A stretch of DNA of 64,000 nt from Thermostichus sp. DRC_bins_24 (GTDB lineage Bacteria > Cyanobacteriota > Cyanobacteriia > Thermostichales > Thermostichaceae), in NCBI GenBank assembly GCA_039794845.1, contig JAUQVK010000067.1:44559-108558 (forward strand). The letters are read 5' to 3'. Made by a program: the position numbers and the translations under genes. The notes below the pieces were generated by a model. That model saw only the letters and a program-made list of their open reading frames with translations. It was not told the DNA's origin and made no database searches. The first letter of the stretch is position 1. Each line of letters opens with the position of its first letter. This document shows positions 11,972 through 20,219 of the stretch, piece after piece.

Positions 11972-12124
11972 ACAGCCCTTGAGTGGGTTTCCTACAGCTT
12001 GGTATGTGCTTCTGTCTCCCACTCACAAAAGGGTTTCAACCTACACTGGGGTATGTGACTAGCGGTGCCCTATGGGCCGCCCCATGGGTGAACGCACCAG
12101 CGGGCCCTAGGTGTAAAGGGCTGT
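11972..12124. mobile_element. MITE-like element, copy 1 (TIR ACAGCCCTT) with about 50 bp internal insertion
   Basis: acagccctt 11972-11980 and aagggctgt 12116-12124; body aligns with the reverse complement of 62089-62194. Confidence 0.7.
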
Positions 12125-12278
12125 AGGCAGTCGCCAAGGCGAAAAAACTGGGTTGGACCCTGCTTTTATGATTTTCTCCTCATGCCGGAGATAACCGGCC
12201 ACCACACCCGACCGATGCTAATTTCATCCCGATGTTACTGTTCATGGATGGCAGGTGAATTTCACGTTAGGCCAGATA

Positions 12279-12887
12279 ATGCAGATGCAGCTCGCCTCGA
12301 AGGCCAAGGTCTTTTCTCTCCTTGCGCACAGGGGGCAGTGCCGTCCCAACGCCAGTCATGAGCCCATGGCGGTTCATCTATCGGAAGTCGCAAGCTATGT
12401 CACAGATGAATCCGGCGATGAGGTTGCGATAGCTTGCGCGTGGTTGCATGACGTAGTCGAAGACACGAGCGTAACTCTCACGGAGATTGGGGAACGCTTC
12501 GGACAGCGACTCTCGGGGTTCGTGGAAATGCTGACAGACCCCCCAGACTGGGCCACGAAGGACTTAGCGGAAAGAAAGGAGCGGCAGGCGTTACGGATCG
12601 CTACTGCACCCAACCTGGTGAAGCTTGTCAAGCTGGCTGATCAGATATCAAACATTCGTTCTGTCATCTTCGATCCTCCGCTCGAATGGGGTCAGGACGA
12701 ATGCATCACCTATGTGAGGGGGGCATCTTTGGTCGGTCGTGCGTGCGCTGGCGTTTCCCAGAGGCTAGACACTCTGCTGGAGCACTACGTCTGCCTTGCT
12801 CGGCAGCCTAACTCAGCAATGGGCAAGGGATCCCTAAGCACCGAAGATAACCGGTCACTGCACCTGATCTCCAGGGAGAACCCATAA
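12279..12887 (+). CDS. HD-domain protein, Mesh1/HDDC3-like small alarmone ((p)ppGpp) hydrolase
   Basis: AHRGQCR..EP..H..EVA, AWLHDVVEDT, FG, VEMLTD, VKLADQISN. Confidence 0.8.
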   Translation: MQMQLASKAKVFSLLAHRGQCRPNASHEPMAVHLSEVASYVTDESGDEVAIACAWLHDVVEDTSVTLTEIGERFGQRLSGFVEMLTDPPDWATKDLAERKERQALRIATAPNLVKLVKLADQISNIRSVIFDPPLEWGQDECITYVRGASLVGRACAGVSQRLDTLLEHYVCLARQPNSAMGKGSLSTEDNRSLHLISRENP

Positions 12888-13063
12888 ACAACTCAGTAAA
12901 CCCTCGAGAGGTACCTCACCACTTACAGAGCTTGCTGCCCTGCCATACCTTTAGCGGCAGAGAACTTTTCTGGGATTTTCACGTCTAGAGATGGCGTTTG
13001 AGGGATCCTTTCTGGTGGATAGTAGGGGTAAGGATTCCATACGCAGAACTTGAGGTGTGGACG

Positions 13064-14878
13064 ATGCGCGAGTTTTCCCTTTGGCACGGTTGGAAGACAG
13101 CTGCTTTGGTGGTGAGTTGTAGCAGTCTGGCCTTGGTAGGAGATCCCGTCTGGGGGCAGCTTTCCGACATCAGCACCTACTGGGCTGCCCAGTACATCAT
13201 CGGTTTGAATGAGCGGCAAGTGATCGGTGGGTTCCCCGATGGTACCTTCCGGCCCAACGAATCGATTACACGCGCCCAATTTGCCGTCATTGTCACCAAG
13301 GCCTTTGGACTGGATACCAACGTGCCTTCCCGCCAGTTTGTCGATCCGATCCCCAGTTGGGCCGCGCCTTCCATTGGGGCAGCGGCGGCGGCAGGATTTG
13401 TTTCGGGCTTTCCCGATGGTACTTTTCGACCGAATGATGTGCTGACCCGTGCCCAAGCGATTACCGTGCTCACCAAAGCGGCTACCAACGATAACTTTAT
13501 TCAGGATGCCAACCAGATCGACCAGATCCTGGCCGGGTTTACCGATGCAGGATTGGTTCCCAACTTTGCTCGTGCCCCCATCGCTACCGCTGTTCAAGAG
13601 AGTCTGCTGGTGCTCTACCCCAGCCCCGTACAGTTGAATGCCCAAGCGGTGGCAACCCGGGGGGAAGTGGCGGCTCTGACTTACCAGGCCCTGGCCAAAG
13701 TGGGACGGGTGCCCAATCTTGATCCGCCGGTGGGCGCCGCCATTCCTGGCCCCGGCATCAGCACCGAGATCATCGCCGAAGTTACCCCAACTCCCGAACC
13801 CCTAGCGACACCGGATATCCCGGTTGAGCCCTTGGTGGAAACCCTGCCCACCGCGCCAGAGGTGAGAACCTTCTTTACCCGTGAACCCTTGGGGCTTGTG
13901 AATCCCGGGGATACCTTCACGGTGTTCTTACTGGGATCCCCGGGCGCACAGGCGGTCTTCTCCATTCCTGGCATTGCCTATAACATTCCGCTTCAGGAGA
14001 CCCGTCCCGGTCAGTATGAGGGAACCTATACCTTCCGCAGCCAAGACCGGGCCTCGGAGGTGCCCGTCATTGCCCGTCTAGAACGGGATGGCCTGGTCAC
14101 CTTGGTTCAGTTGCCAGAAAAGACCATCTCGATTGGCCGAGTAACCGATACCACCTTCCCCACCATTAGCGAGCTTGCCCCTGCCAACGGAGCCACCGTA
14201 GAGAATCTTCGCCCGACAATCTCGGCTCGCTTCCAAGATGACCAAGGGATTGACCTGAACAGCTTTACCCTGCTGGTAAACAATGTGGATGTGACGGCTC
14301 AGGCCCAACTGACTCAGACCACCTTTACCTATACCCCAGCCGAGCCTCTGCCCACCGATCAACCCACCCTGGTCGCCGTCCAGATTGCCGATACCAGCGG
14401 CAACACCGCCATTCAACAGTGGTCTTTCCGGGTACAGGCAGCACAGGCAACACCCACCCCGACCCCGACTCCCACCCCCACCCCAACTCCTACGCCTACG
14501 CCAACACCCGAACCTACCCCGACCCCAACTCCCACCCCAACTCCTACGCCTACGCCAACACCCGAACCCACCCCGACCCCAACTCCTACGCCTACGCCAA
14601 CTCCTACGCCTACGCCAACACCCGAACCCACCCCCACCCCAACACCCGAACCCGTTGTGGAGCCTCTCCCCTCGCCCGAGGGCCGTTCTCCCGCAGAGGC
14701 TGAGCGACCGGAAGCGGACCCCGAAACCGAAACCCCGGAAACAAGCCCAGAGCTGGGGGATCCCTCACCTGAGCCGGAAACCCCAACTTCTGAAGATGAG
14801 CCGGAAACCCCAACTTCTGAAGAAGCCTCGCCTGAGCCGGAGGAGCCCGGCGAACCTACCCCCTCCCCTAGCCCCTAA
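13064..14878 (+). CDS. S-layer homology domain protein with beta-rich domains and Pro/Thr/Glu-rich tail
   Basis: Signal peptide; GFPDGTFRPN twice, ITRAQFA, ATRGEVAA; long (PT)n tract. Confidence 0.85.
   Translation: MREFSLWHGWKTAALVVSCSSLALVGDPVWGQLSDISTYWAAQYIIGLNERQVIGGFPDGTFRPNESITRAQFAVIVTKAFGLDTNVPSRQFVDPIPSWAAPSIGAAAAAGFVSGFPDGTFRPNDVLTRAQAITVLTKAATNDNFIQDANQIDQILAGFTDAGLVPNFARAPIATAVQESLLVLYPSPVQLNAQAVATRGEVAALTYQALAKVGRVPNLDPPVGAAIPGPGISTEIIAEVTPTPEPLATPDIPVEPLVETLPTAPEVRTFFTREPLGLVNPGDTFTVFLLGSPGAQAVFSIPGIAYNIPLQETRPGQYEGTYTFRSQDRASEVPVIARLERDGLVTLVQLPEKTISIGRVTDTTFPTISELAPANGATVENLRPTISARFQDDQGIDLNSFTLLVNNVDVTAQAQLTQTTFTYTPAEPLPTDQPTLVAVQIADTSGNTAIQQWSFRVQAAQATPTPTPTPTPTPTPTPTPTPEPTPTPTPTPTPTPTPTPEPTPTPTPTPTPTPTPTPTPEPTPTPTPEPVVEPLPSPEGRSPAEAERPEADPETETPETSPELGDPSPEPETPTSEDEPETPTSEEASPEPEEPGEPTPSPSP
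14450..14650 (+). repeat. Coding tandem repeat (Pro-Thr)n with PTPE units
   Basis: Repeated ccaactcctacgcctacgccaacacccgaacc blocks. Confidence 0.9.
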
Positions 14879-15002
14879 TTGAGAGACCGTCGATCTTAAA
14901 ATAGTGTTTCAAGAGCTATTTTTGCTTCATCGGGTACCACATCTGGTGGGCACAGGTCAGATGGGATGTTAAGCTACTGCCAGTTGTGACCTGGTGGGAT
15001 CC

Positions 15003-15962
15003 ATGAACCAAGCCTTGCAGCCGATGCAGACGGTTTTGCCTTGGCCCTCTTGGGTGTTGAGTGGGGTGCTATGGGCCAGTGCTATTGCTCCTGTTGCCGC
15101 CCAGGAGTTTGAATTTACACCACAGGGGCAACCTCCAACGGCCCCCAGTGTGGATCCCATCCCTACCTTGCCGCTGCTGCCGGCTTCGCCGCCGGCCACC
15201 TCTGCTGCTCCGCCTGACCTGCCTGCAGTGCCTCAGGTACCCCAGATGCCACTGGATCTGGAGCCCGAAGCTCCAGCTGTGGATCCCAGTACCGCGCCAA
15301 TTCCGGTTGTGCCTTTGCAAGCGGCTCCCGGGAGCCGGCCCCCTTTGGGAGAAGCCTATTCCTATCAACGTCAGCCTGGCCTCAGCCCAGGTGGGAATCT
15401 TTCGGGGGCGACGCGAGGGGAGTTGCCACCGGGCACCATCATTCCTCTGACGGTTTACCGCGAAATCACCTTTCAGCCCTACCAGGCGATCAACGGCAAC
15501 CTAGAAGTATCCGATCCGGTGGTGGATCGCTTTGGTCAGGTGGTGATCCCGGCGGGTAGTGTAGTATGGGGTACTTTTGAGCCGGTTTACCGCGAGATCG
15601 ATCCCCTCAATCGGGTGGAAGAAAATGCCGATCCCCAAGCACGGATTGTCGGCAGTCGCTTTGTGGCCAACCGCATCACCATCGGCCCCTCCACCTATCT
15701 GCTCAGCGGTCGTTCTCCTCTGCTGCGAGTCGGTCTGGATCGCAACGCTGATGTGGGAACAACAGTGGCCCGTGGGGCGGGATATGGGGCGGCTGGCGGG
15801 CTGGCCTTGGGGGTTCTTACCGGGGGAGTGGGGTTTTTACCGATCATCGCCGGAAGTTTGGCGGGAGCTGCTGCGGGGAGTACCAACATCGATCGGGTGG
15901 TGACCTTACAGCCAAATACCCTGGTGGAGCTGGAATTGGCGGATAGCCTGATCATCCAATGA
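15003..15962 (+). CDS. Secreted Pro-rich hypothetical protein with glycine-zipper C-terminus
   Basis: Signal peptide ending VAAQ; VIPAGSVVWG; GAGYGAAGGLALGVLTG. Confidence 0.65.
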   Translation: MNQALQPMQTVLPWPSWVLSGVLWASAIAPVAAQEFEFTPQGQPPTAPSVDPIPTLPLLPASPPATSAAPPDLPAVPQVPQMPLDLEPEAPAVDPSTAPIPVVPLQAAPGSRPPLGEAYSYQRQPGLSPGGNLSGATRGELPPGTIIPLTVYREITFQPYQAINGNLEVSDPVVDRFGQVVIPAGSVVWGTFEPVYREIDPLNRVEENADPQARIVGSRFVANRITIGPSTYLLSGRSPLLRVGLDRNADVGTTVARGAGYGAAGGLALGVLTGGVGFLPIIAGSLAGAAAGSTNIDRVVTLQPNTLVELELADSLIIQ

Positions 15963-15965
15963 GCC

Positions 15966-16030
15966 GTAAACTACCCAACGCAATGCCGAACGGCAGGCTA
16001 ACGCCAATATGCTACGCATGGAGCGCGGGG
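15966..16030 (-). mobile_element. Orphan IS200/IS605-like right-end hairpin containing a 25-bp small dispersed repeat
   Basis: Minus strand reads ccccgcgct...ttggcgttagcctgccgttcggcat-tgcgttgggtagtttac, resembling the right end at 1455-1498. Confidence 0.6.
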
Positions 16031-16102
16031 CGCCTGCGAGTTCAGCTGAGGTGACTTGGGGCCGGTCGGTAGAGTAGAAGGGAGCCCCCTTGATGTTCCC
16101 CC

Positions 16103-17323
16103 ATGGCCTTCTGGATCTACGTTGTGCCCCCTCTGGCCGGGCTGGTGATCGGCTATTTCACCAATGACATTGCCATCAAAATGCTGTTCCGGCCTTACCG
16201 GCCCTATCGGATTTTGGGTCGGCGAATTCCCTTTACCCCTGGCCTAATCCCCCAAAATCAGCCCCGCTTGGCCAAGCAGATCGCCAACACCATCATGGGA
16301 TCCCTGCTCACGCCGGAGGAGCTGCACAACTTGGCGCGCAAACTGCTGCAAACGGAGCGCATGCAGGCGGGGATCCGCTGGCTACTGGGGGTGGCCTTGG
16401 ATCGGCTGCAAAACCCCGAACAACAGCAGCAAACGGCTCAGGTGTTGGCGCGCATTTTGGCGGATCTGTTCAACGAGTCGTTACCGCGCCTGGTGAAGGT
16501 GCTGGCGCGCCAAGAAGCCTTTCTGGAGGAGCCGATCAACCAACTGTTCGATCAGGTGTTGCTGGATCTGCGCCTCAGTGCCGAGCAAGCCAGACAGCTC
16601 TCGGAGTGGATTTGGGAACAGGCGCTGCCGCCGAAGGTGTTGCGACAAAATCTGGTGGACTTTCTTACGGATCGCAATATCGAGGCGCTAGATGAGGAAT
16701 TTCGGGAACGAGCGACGGGATCCTACTGGGTGGTGGCCAACTTGTTTGGTCTAAAAAATGCCCTGCTGCGGCTGCGCACCTATTGCCTGGAAGATCCAGA
16801 GGGGGCAGAAGCGATTTTGGAGGGTCTGCTTAAAGACATCAGCGCCAATCGCCGCCTTACCGAGATTTTGCAGAACCTCTCGCTACAAAACCTGCCGGTT
16901 ACTGCCGTGCGCCAGTTGCGTCGCGCCCTACGGGAGGGGATCCAAGATTACCTACGAACCCAAGGGCCGGATCTGCTCCAAGGCTTAGGCCTGACAATCG
17001 ACTGGGAAAAGGTGGCCAGCCTGGTGTTGGGTCGCTTGCGTAACTCAAAAGTGTTGCTCACCTCCATCGATCAGATCAGCGTTGACCTGGCTTTGGTATT
17101 GGAGCGCTACTTAGAACGGGATCTGGAATCTCTCATGACGCAGGTGATCCCCGTCTTGAATTTGGATCAGGTGATCACCGACAAGGTCAATGCCACCTCT
17201 CCGGCAGACCTGGAACAGGCGATTCAACAGATCGTGCGCCAAGAGCTTCAGGCAATTGTCAACCTGGGGGGCATGTTGGGCTTTTTGGTGGGCTGTGTCC
17301 AGGTGCTGTTTTTGCTCCTGTAA
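16103..17323 (+). CDS. DUF445 family membrane protein
   Basis: IGYFTNDIAIKMLFRPY, PFTPGLIP, ELQAIVNLGGMLG. Confidence 0.9.
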   Translation: MAFWIYVVPPLAGLVIGYFTNDIAIKMLFRPYRPYRILGRRIPFTPGLIPQNQPRLAKQIANTIMGSLLTPEELHNLARKLLQTERMQAGIRWLLGVALDRLQNPEQQQQTAQVLARILADLFNESLPRLVKVLARQEAFLEEPINQLFDQVLLDLRLSAEQARQLSEWIWEQALPPKVLRQNLVDFLTDRNIEALDEEFRERATGSYWVVANLFGLKNALLRLRTYCLEDPEGAEAILEGLLKDISANRRLTEILQNLSLQNLPVTAVRQLRRALREGIQDYLRTQGPDLLQGLGLTIDWEKVASLVLGRLRNSKVLLTSIDQISVDLALVLERYLERDLESLMTQVIPVLNLDQVITDKVNATSPADLEQAIQQIVRQELQAIVNLGGMLGFLVGCVQVLFLLL

Positions 17324-17400
17324 GGGGGGATCCCACCGCTTCAATGGAGTTTTGGTGTATCGACGAAACGGAGATCTGCGGGTAGTTCTATGATGGTGGA

Positions 17401-19083
17401 ATGAAATTAACGATTCTCCACACTTCTGACCTGCACGCCAATCTCCATCCCTGGAACTATTTCACCGGGACACCTGCGGAGCATGGTCTGGCCAAATTGG
17501 CCACTCTGATCAAGCGAGCGCGGGCTGCAACCCAAGACCCTGTGTTGTTGATCGACAGTGGCGACACCATTCAGGGATCCCCGCTAGCCACCTATTACGC
17601 CCAAGTGGAACGGGTCTCGCCCCATCCGTTGGCCCATGCCTTCAACGCTCTGGCCTACGATGCCTTTACCCCCGGCAATCACGATTTCAACTTTGGGCCG
17701 CAGGTTCTACAGGACTTTGTGACGGATCTCCAGTGTCCGGTGCTCTGTGCCAACATCCTGCGCCAAAACGGGGATCCCCTCTTTCAGCCCTATCGGATCC
17801 AAAACCTCCGGGGGATCCGCGTCGGCCTGTTGGGCCTGACCACCCCCCGCATCGATACCTGGGAACGCCCCGACCACATTGTCGGCTTGCGCTTTGCCCC
17901 TTTGCTGGAGACGGCTCACCACTATCTGCCGCTGCTCCGGCCTCAGGTGGATGTATTGGTGGTGATTCTGCACAGCGGCCCCAACCATTTGCCCCCAGAA
18001 CGCACTCCCGAGCACTGGCGAGACCCGGATCGCTCCCACTGGCGCAGCAACAAGAGTCTCCCGGGAGAAAATGAGCTGCTCACCCTGGCGCAACTACAGG
18101 ATATCGATGTCATTCTCTCCGGCCATACCCACCAAACCATCGCTGGGTTGGGTCATCAGCCCCAATGGAGTGACTCAAGGTCACCTTGGGTAGTACAGCC
18201 TGGGTTTTGGGGCACCCACCTCTCGCAGGTTTGCTTGGAACTGGAAGAACGGGCCGAAGGCTGGCAAGTGGTGGGTGGTGAAGCGACACTGCTTTCGGCG
18301 GAAGGGATCCCTCCTGATCCGGAATTGCTGGAATTGACGGAGCCCTACCATCGGGCCACCTTACACTACATCAGCCAGCCGATCGGCCATGTTCGTTCTC
18401 CTTATGCGGGTGGGTTAGCAGCCCGTCTGGGGGCCAATCCTCTGGCGGAACTGCTGCATCAGGCGCAGTTGCAAGCGGCACGCGAGGCGGGGTTTGCAGC
18501 CGAACTTTCTCTGGTCAACATCTGTAGCAGCGCCAGCTTGGTCGCAGGCCCGATTCGACTACAAGATGCCTACAGTCTCACGGTCTACGACAACACTCTC
18601 TGTGTTCTGAAGGTAACCGGCGATATCCTGCGGCGAGCACTCGAACAAACTGCTGCCTACTTTCGACAGTTGGATCCCGGCCATCTTCCAGCAGATCCTA
18701 CTGCTGTTGTTGCCCCCGATGCCCGTGGCTATACCTTTGACCTCTACCATGGCATCGACTATTGCTTCGATCTCACTCGCCCCGTGGGGGAACGCCTGGT
18801 CGACCTCCGGTTCCGTGGGCAGCCTGTCAAGCCCACGCAGACCTTCCGCCTGGCGATTAACCACTATCGAGCTGGCGGGGGCGGCGGCTACAGCATGTTC
18901 CAAGAAGCAGAAACCCTGTGGATCTCAGCCGATAGCATCCGCGATTTCCTCGTCTACTACATCAAGACCCATTCTCCTCTGCAGCCCATCCACAGCCACA
19001 ACTGGAGATTGATCCCAGATTTGGCGGAGATCTATTTTCCCAACTCCATCCGCCGACCTGAGAAAAGCCTGTTGGTAGGCTAG
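17401..19083 (+). CDS. Bifunctional metallophosphatase / 5'-nucleotidase (CpdB-like), no signal peptide
   Basis: HTSDLH, DSGDTIQGS, GNHDFNFG, SGHTH, AINHYRAGGGG. Confidence 0.88.
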   Translation: MKLTILHTSDLHANLHPWNYFTGTPAEHGLAKLATLIKRARAATQDPVLLIDSGDTIQGSPLATYYAQVERVSPHPLAHAFNALAYDAFTPGNHDFNFGPQVLQDFVTDLQCPVLCANILRQNGDPLFQPYRIQNLRGIRVGLLGLTTPRIDTWERPDHIVGLRFAPLLETAHHYLPLLRPQVDVLVVILHSGPNHLPPERTPEHWRDPDRSHWRSNKSLPGENELLTLAQLQDIDVILSGHTHQTIAGLGHQPQWSDSRSPWVVQPGFWGTHLSQVCLELEERAEGWQVVGGEATLLSAEGIPPDPELLELTEPYHRATLHYISQPIGHVRSPYAGGLAARLGANPLAELLHQAQLQAAREAGFAAELSLVNICSSASLVAGPIRLQDAYSLTVYDNTLCVLKVTGDILRRALEQTAAYFRQLDPGHLPADPTAVVAPDARGYTFDLYHGIDYCFDLTRPVGERLVDLRFRGQPVKPTQTFRLAINHYRAGGGGGYSMFQEAETLWISADSIRDFLVYYIKTHSPLQPIHSHNWRLIPDLAEIYFPNSIRRPEKSLLVG

Positions 19084-19257
19084 AAAGGGTGCCGTGGGAT
19101 CCCTTCTCCATCCCGCTGGTTTCGAGGGAAGTCGGTAGAATACGATCAGCACGGTAGCCTGGTTTGGCCCGGCTTACCCTCGACTTTGGGATTTTCAAGC
19201 CTGCCAGACCGTGGCTTCACCGGCATTACACCCATTGCTCACACTTTGCTTCAACCC

Positions 19258-20013
19258 ATGACCTCTGAAGAAAAGCAACCGATGCCCCCAGAAGATACCT
19301 ATCCTGAACTGCAGGAGGAAGAGATCGATGTGGAGGCGGAGCTGGAAAAGCTGATCCTAGAAGACAGCGAGGCAGAAAGCGGTGCTACCGCAGGGGAAGC
19401 CAGTGCCGAGCCCACCCTCGCCCAGAGCGAAGCCCTAAAGCAGCTCCAGCACGAGCTGGAAGTAATCCGGCAGCAAAACAAGGAAAAAGAAGAATCCTAC
19501 CTGCGGCTCTACGCCGATTTTGAAAATTACCGGCGGCGTACCCAGCGGGAGAAGGAAGAGTTCAGTCAAAAAGAGCGGCAGAAATTTGTGCTTGAGATCT
19601 TGCCGGTGGTGGATAGCTTCGAGCGGGCCCAGCAACAGGTGAAGCTGGAAACCGACCGAGAGCGAGAATTGCACAACAGTTACCAGAGTGTCTATCGCCT
19701 GCTTGTGGAATCCCTGAAACGCATGGGTGTATCCCGCATGAAAACGGTGGGCCAACCTTTCGATCCCAACCTGCACGAGGCCATTGCCCGCCAGCCCAGC
19801 AACGAGCACCCCGAAGATGTGGTGGTGACGGAGTATCAAGCAGGCTACAAGTTGGGCGACTTGGTTATCCGTCATGCCCTAGTGGCGGTTTCGGAAGGGA
19901 TCCCTGAGGAAGGGGCCGCAGCCAACGATGAGGTTTCTGTCTCCGCCCAGGCATCGTCCGCTCCGGAAGCCTCACCCGAGCCAGAAGCAAGCCCGACCCC
20001 AGAAAACAAATAA
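19258..20013 (+). CDS. grpE: Nucleotide exchange factor GrpE
   Basis: LRLYADFENYRRRT, LPVVDSFERA, FDPNLHEAI, GYKLGDLVIRHALVAVS. Confidence 0.96.
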   Translation: MTSEEKQPMPPEDTYPELQEEEIDVEAELEKLILEDSEAESGATAGEASAEPTLAQSEALKQLQHELEVIRQQNKEKEESYLRLYADFENYRRRTQREKEEFSQKERQKFVLEILPVVDSFERAQQQVKLETDRERELHNSYQSVYRLLVESLKRMGVSRMKTVGQPFDPNLHEAIARQPSNEHPEDVVVTEYQAGYKLGDLVIRHALVAVSEGIPEEGAAANDEVSVSAQASSAPEASPEPEASPTPENK

Positions 20014-20219
20014 ACAACAAATAAAAAACAAATAGGACAACAAACCATTGAACCTTGACAAGGCAGGGTCTAAGCAGTACCGGAGACGCTACAGTAGGGC
20101 TACGTCAGGCGAAGGTATCATCTGAAGGTTTTCAGAAAATTTTGGGCAGAATGCTTCTAGCCCAGGATCCGTGAAACCACGCTCTGAGGGTGAGACTTGA
20201 TGCACTAGGACAGAGGGCT

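Noticed and set aside
14413..14637. Poly(Gly-Val) ORFs here and at 26119-26781 and 39168-39443
   Set aside because: They are reverse-strand readings of Pro-Thr repeat tracts.
20014..20219. CIRCE (HrcA) operator for grpE/dnaK
   Set aside because: No TTAGCACTC-N9-GAGTGCTAA match seen.
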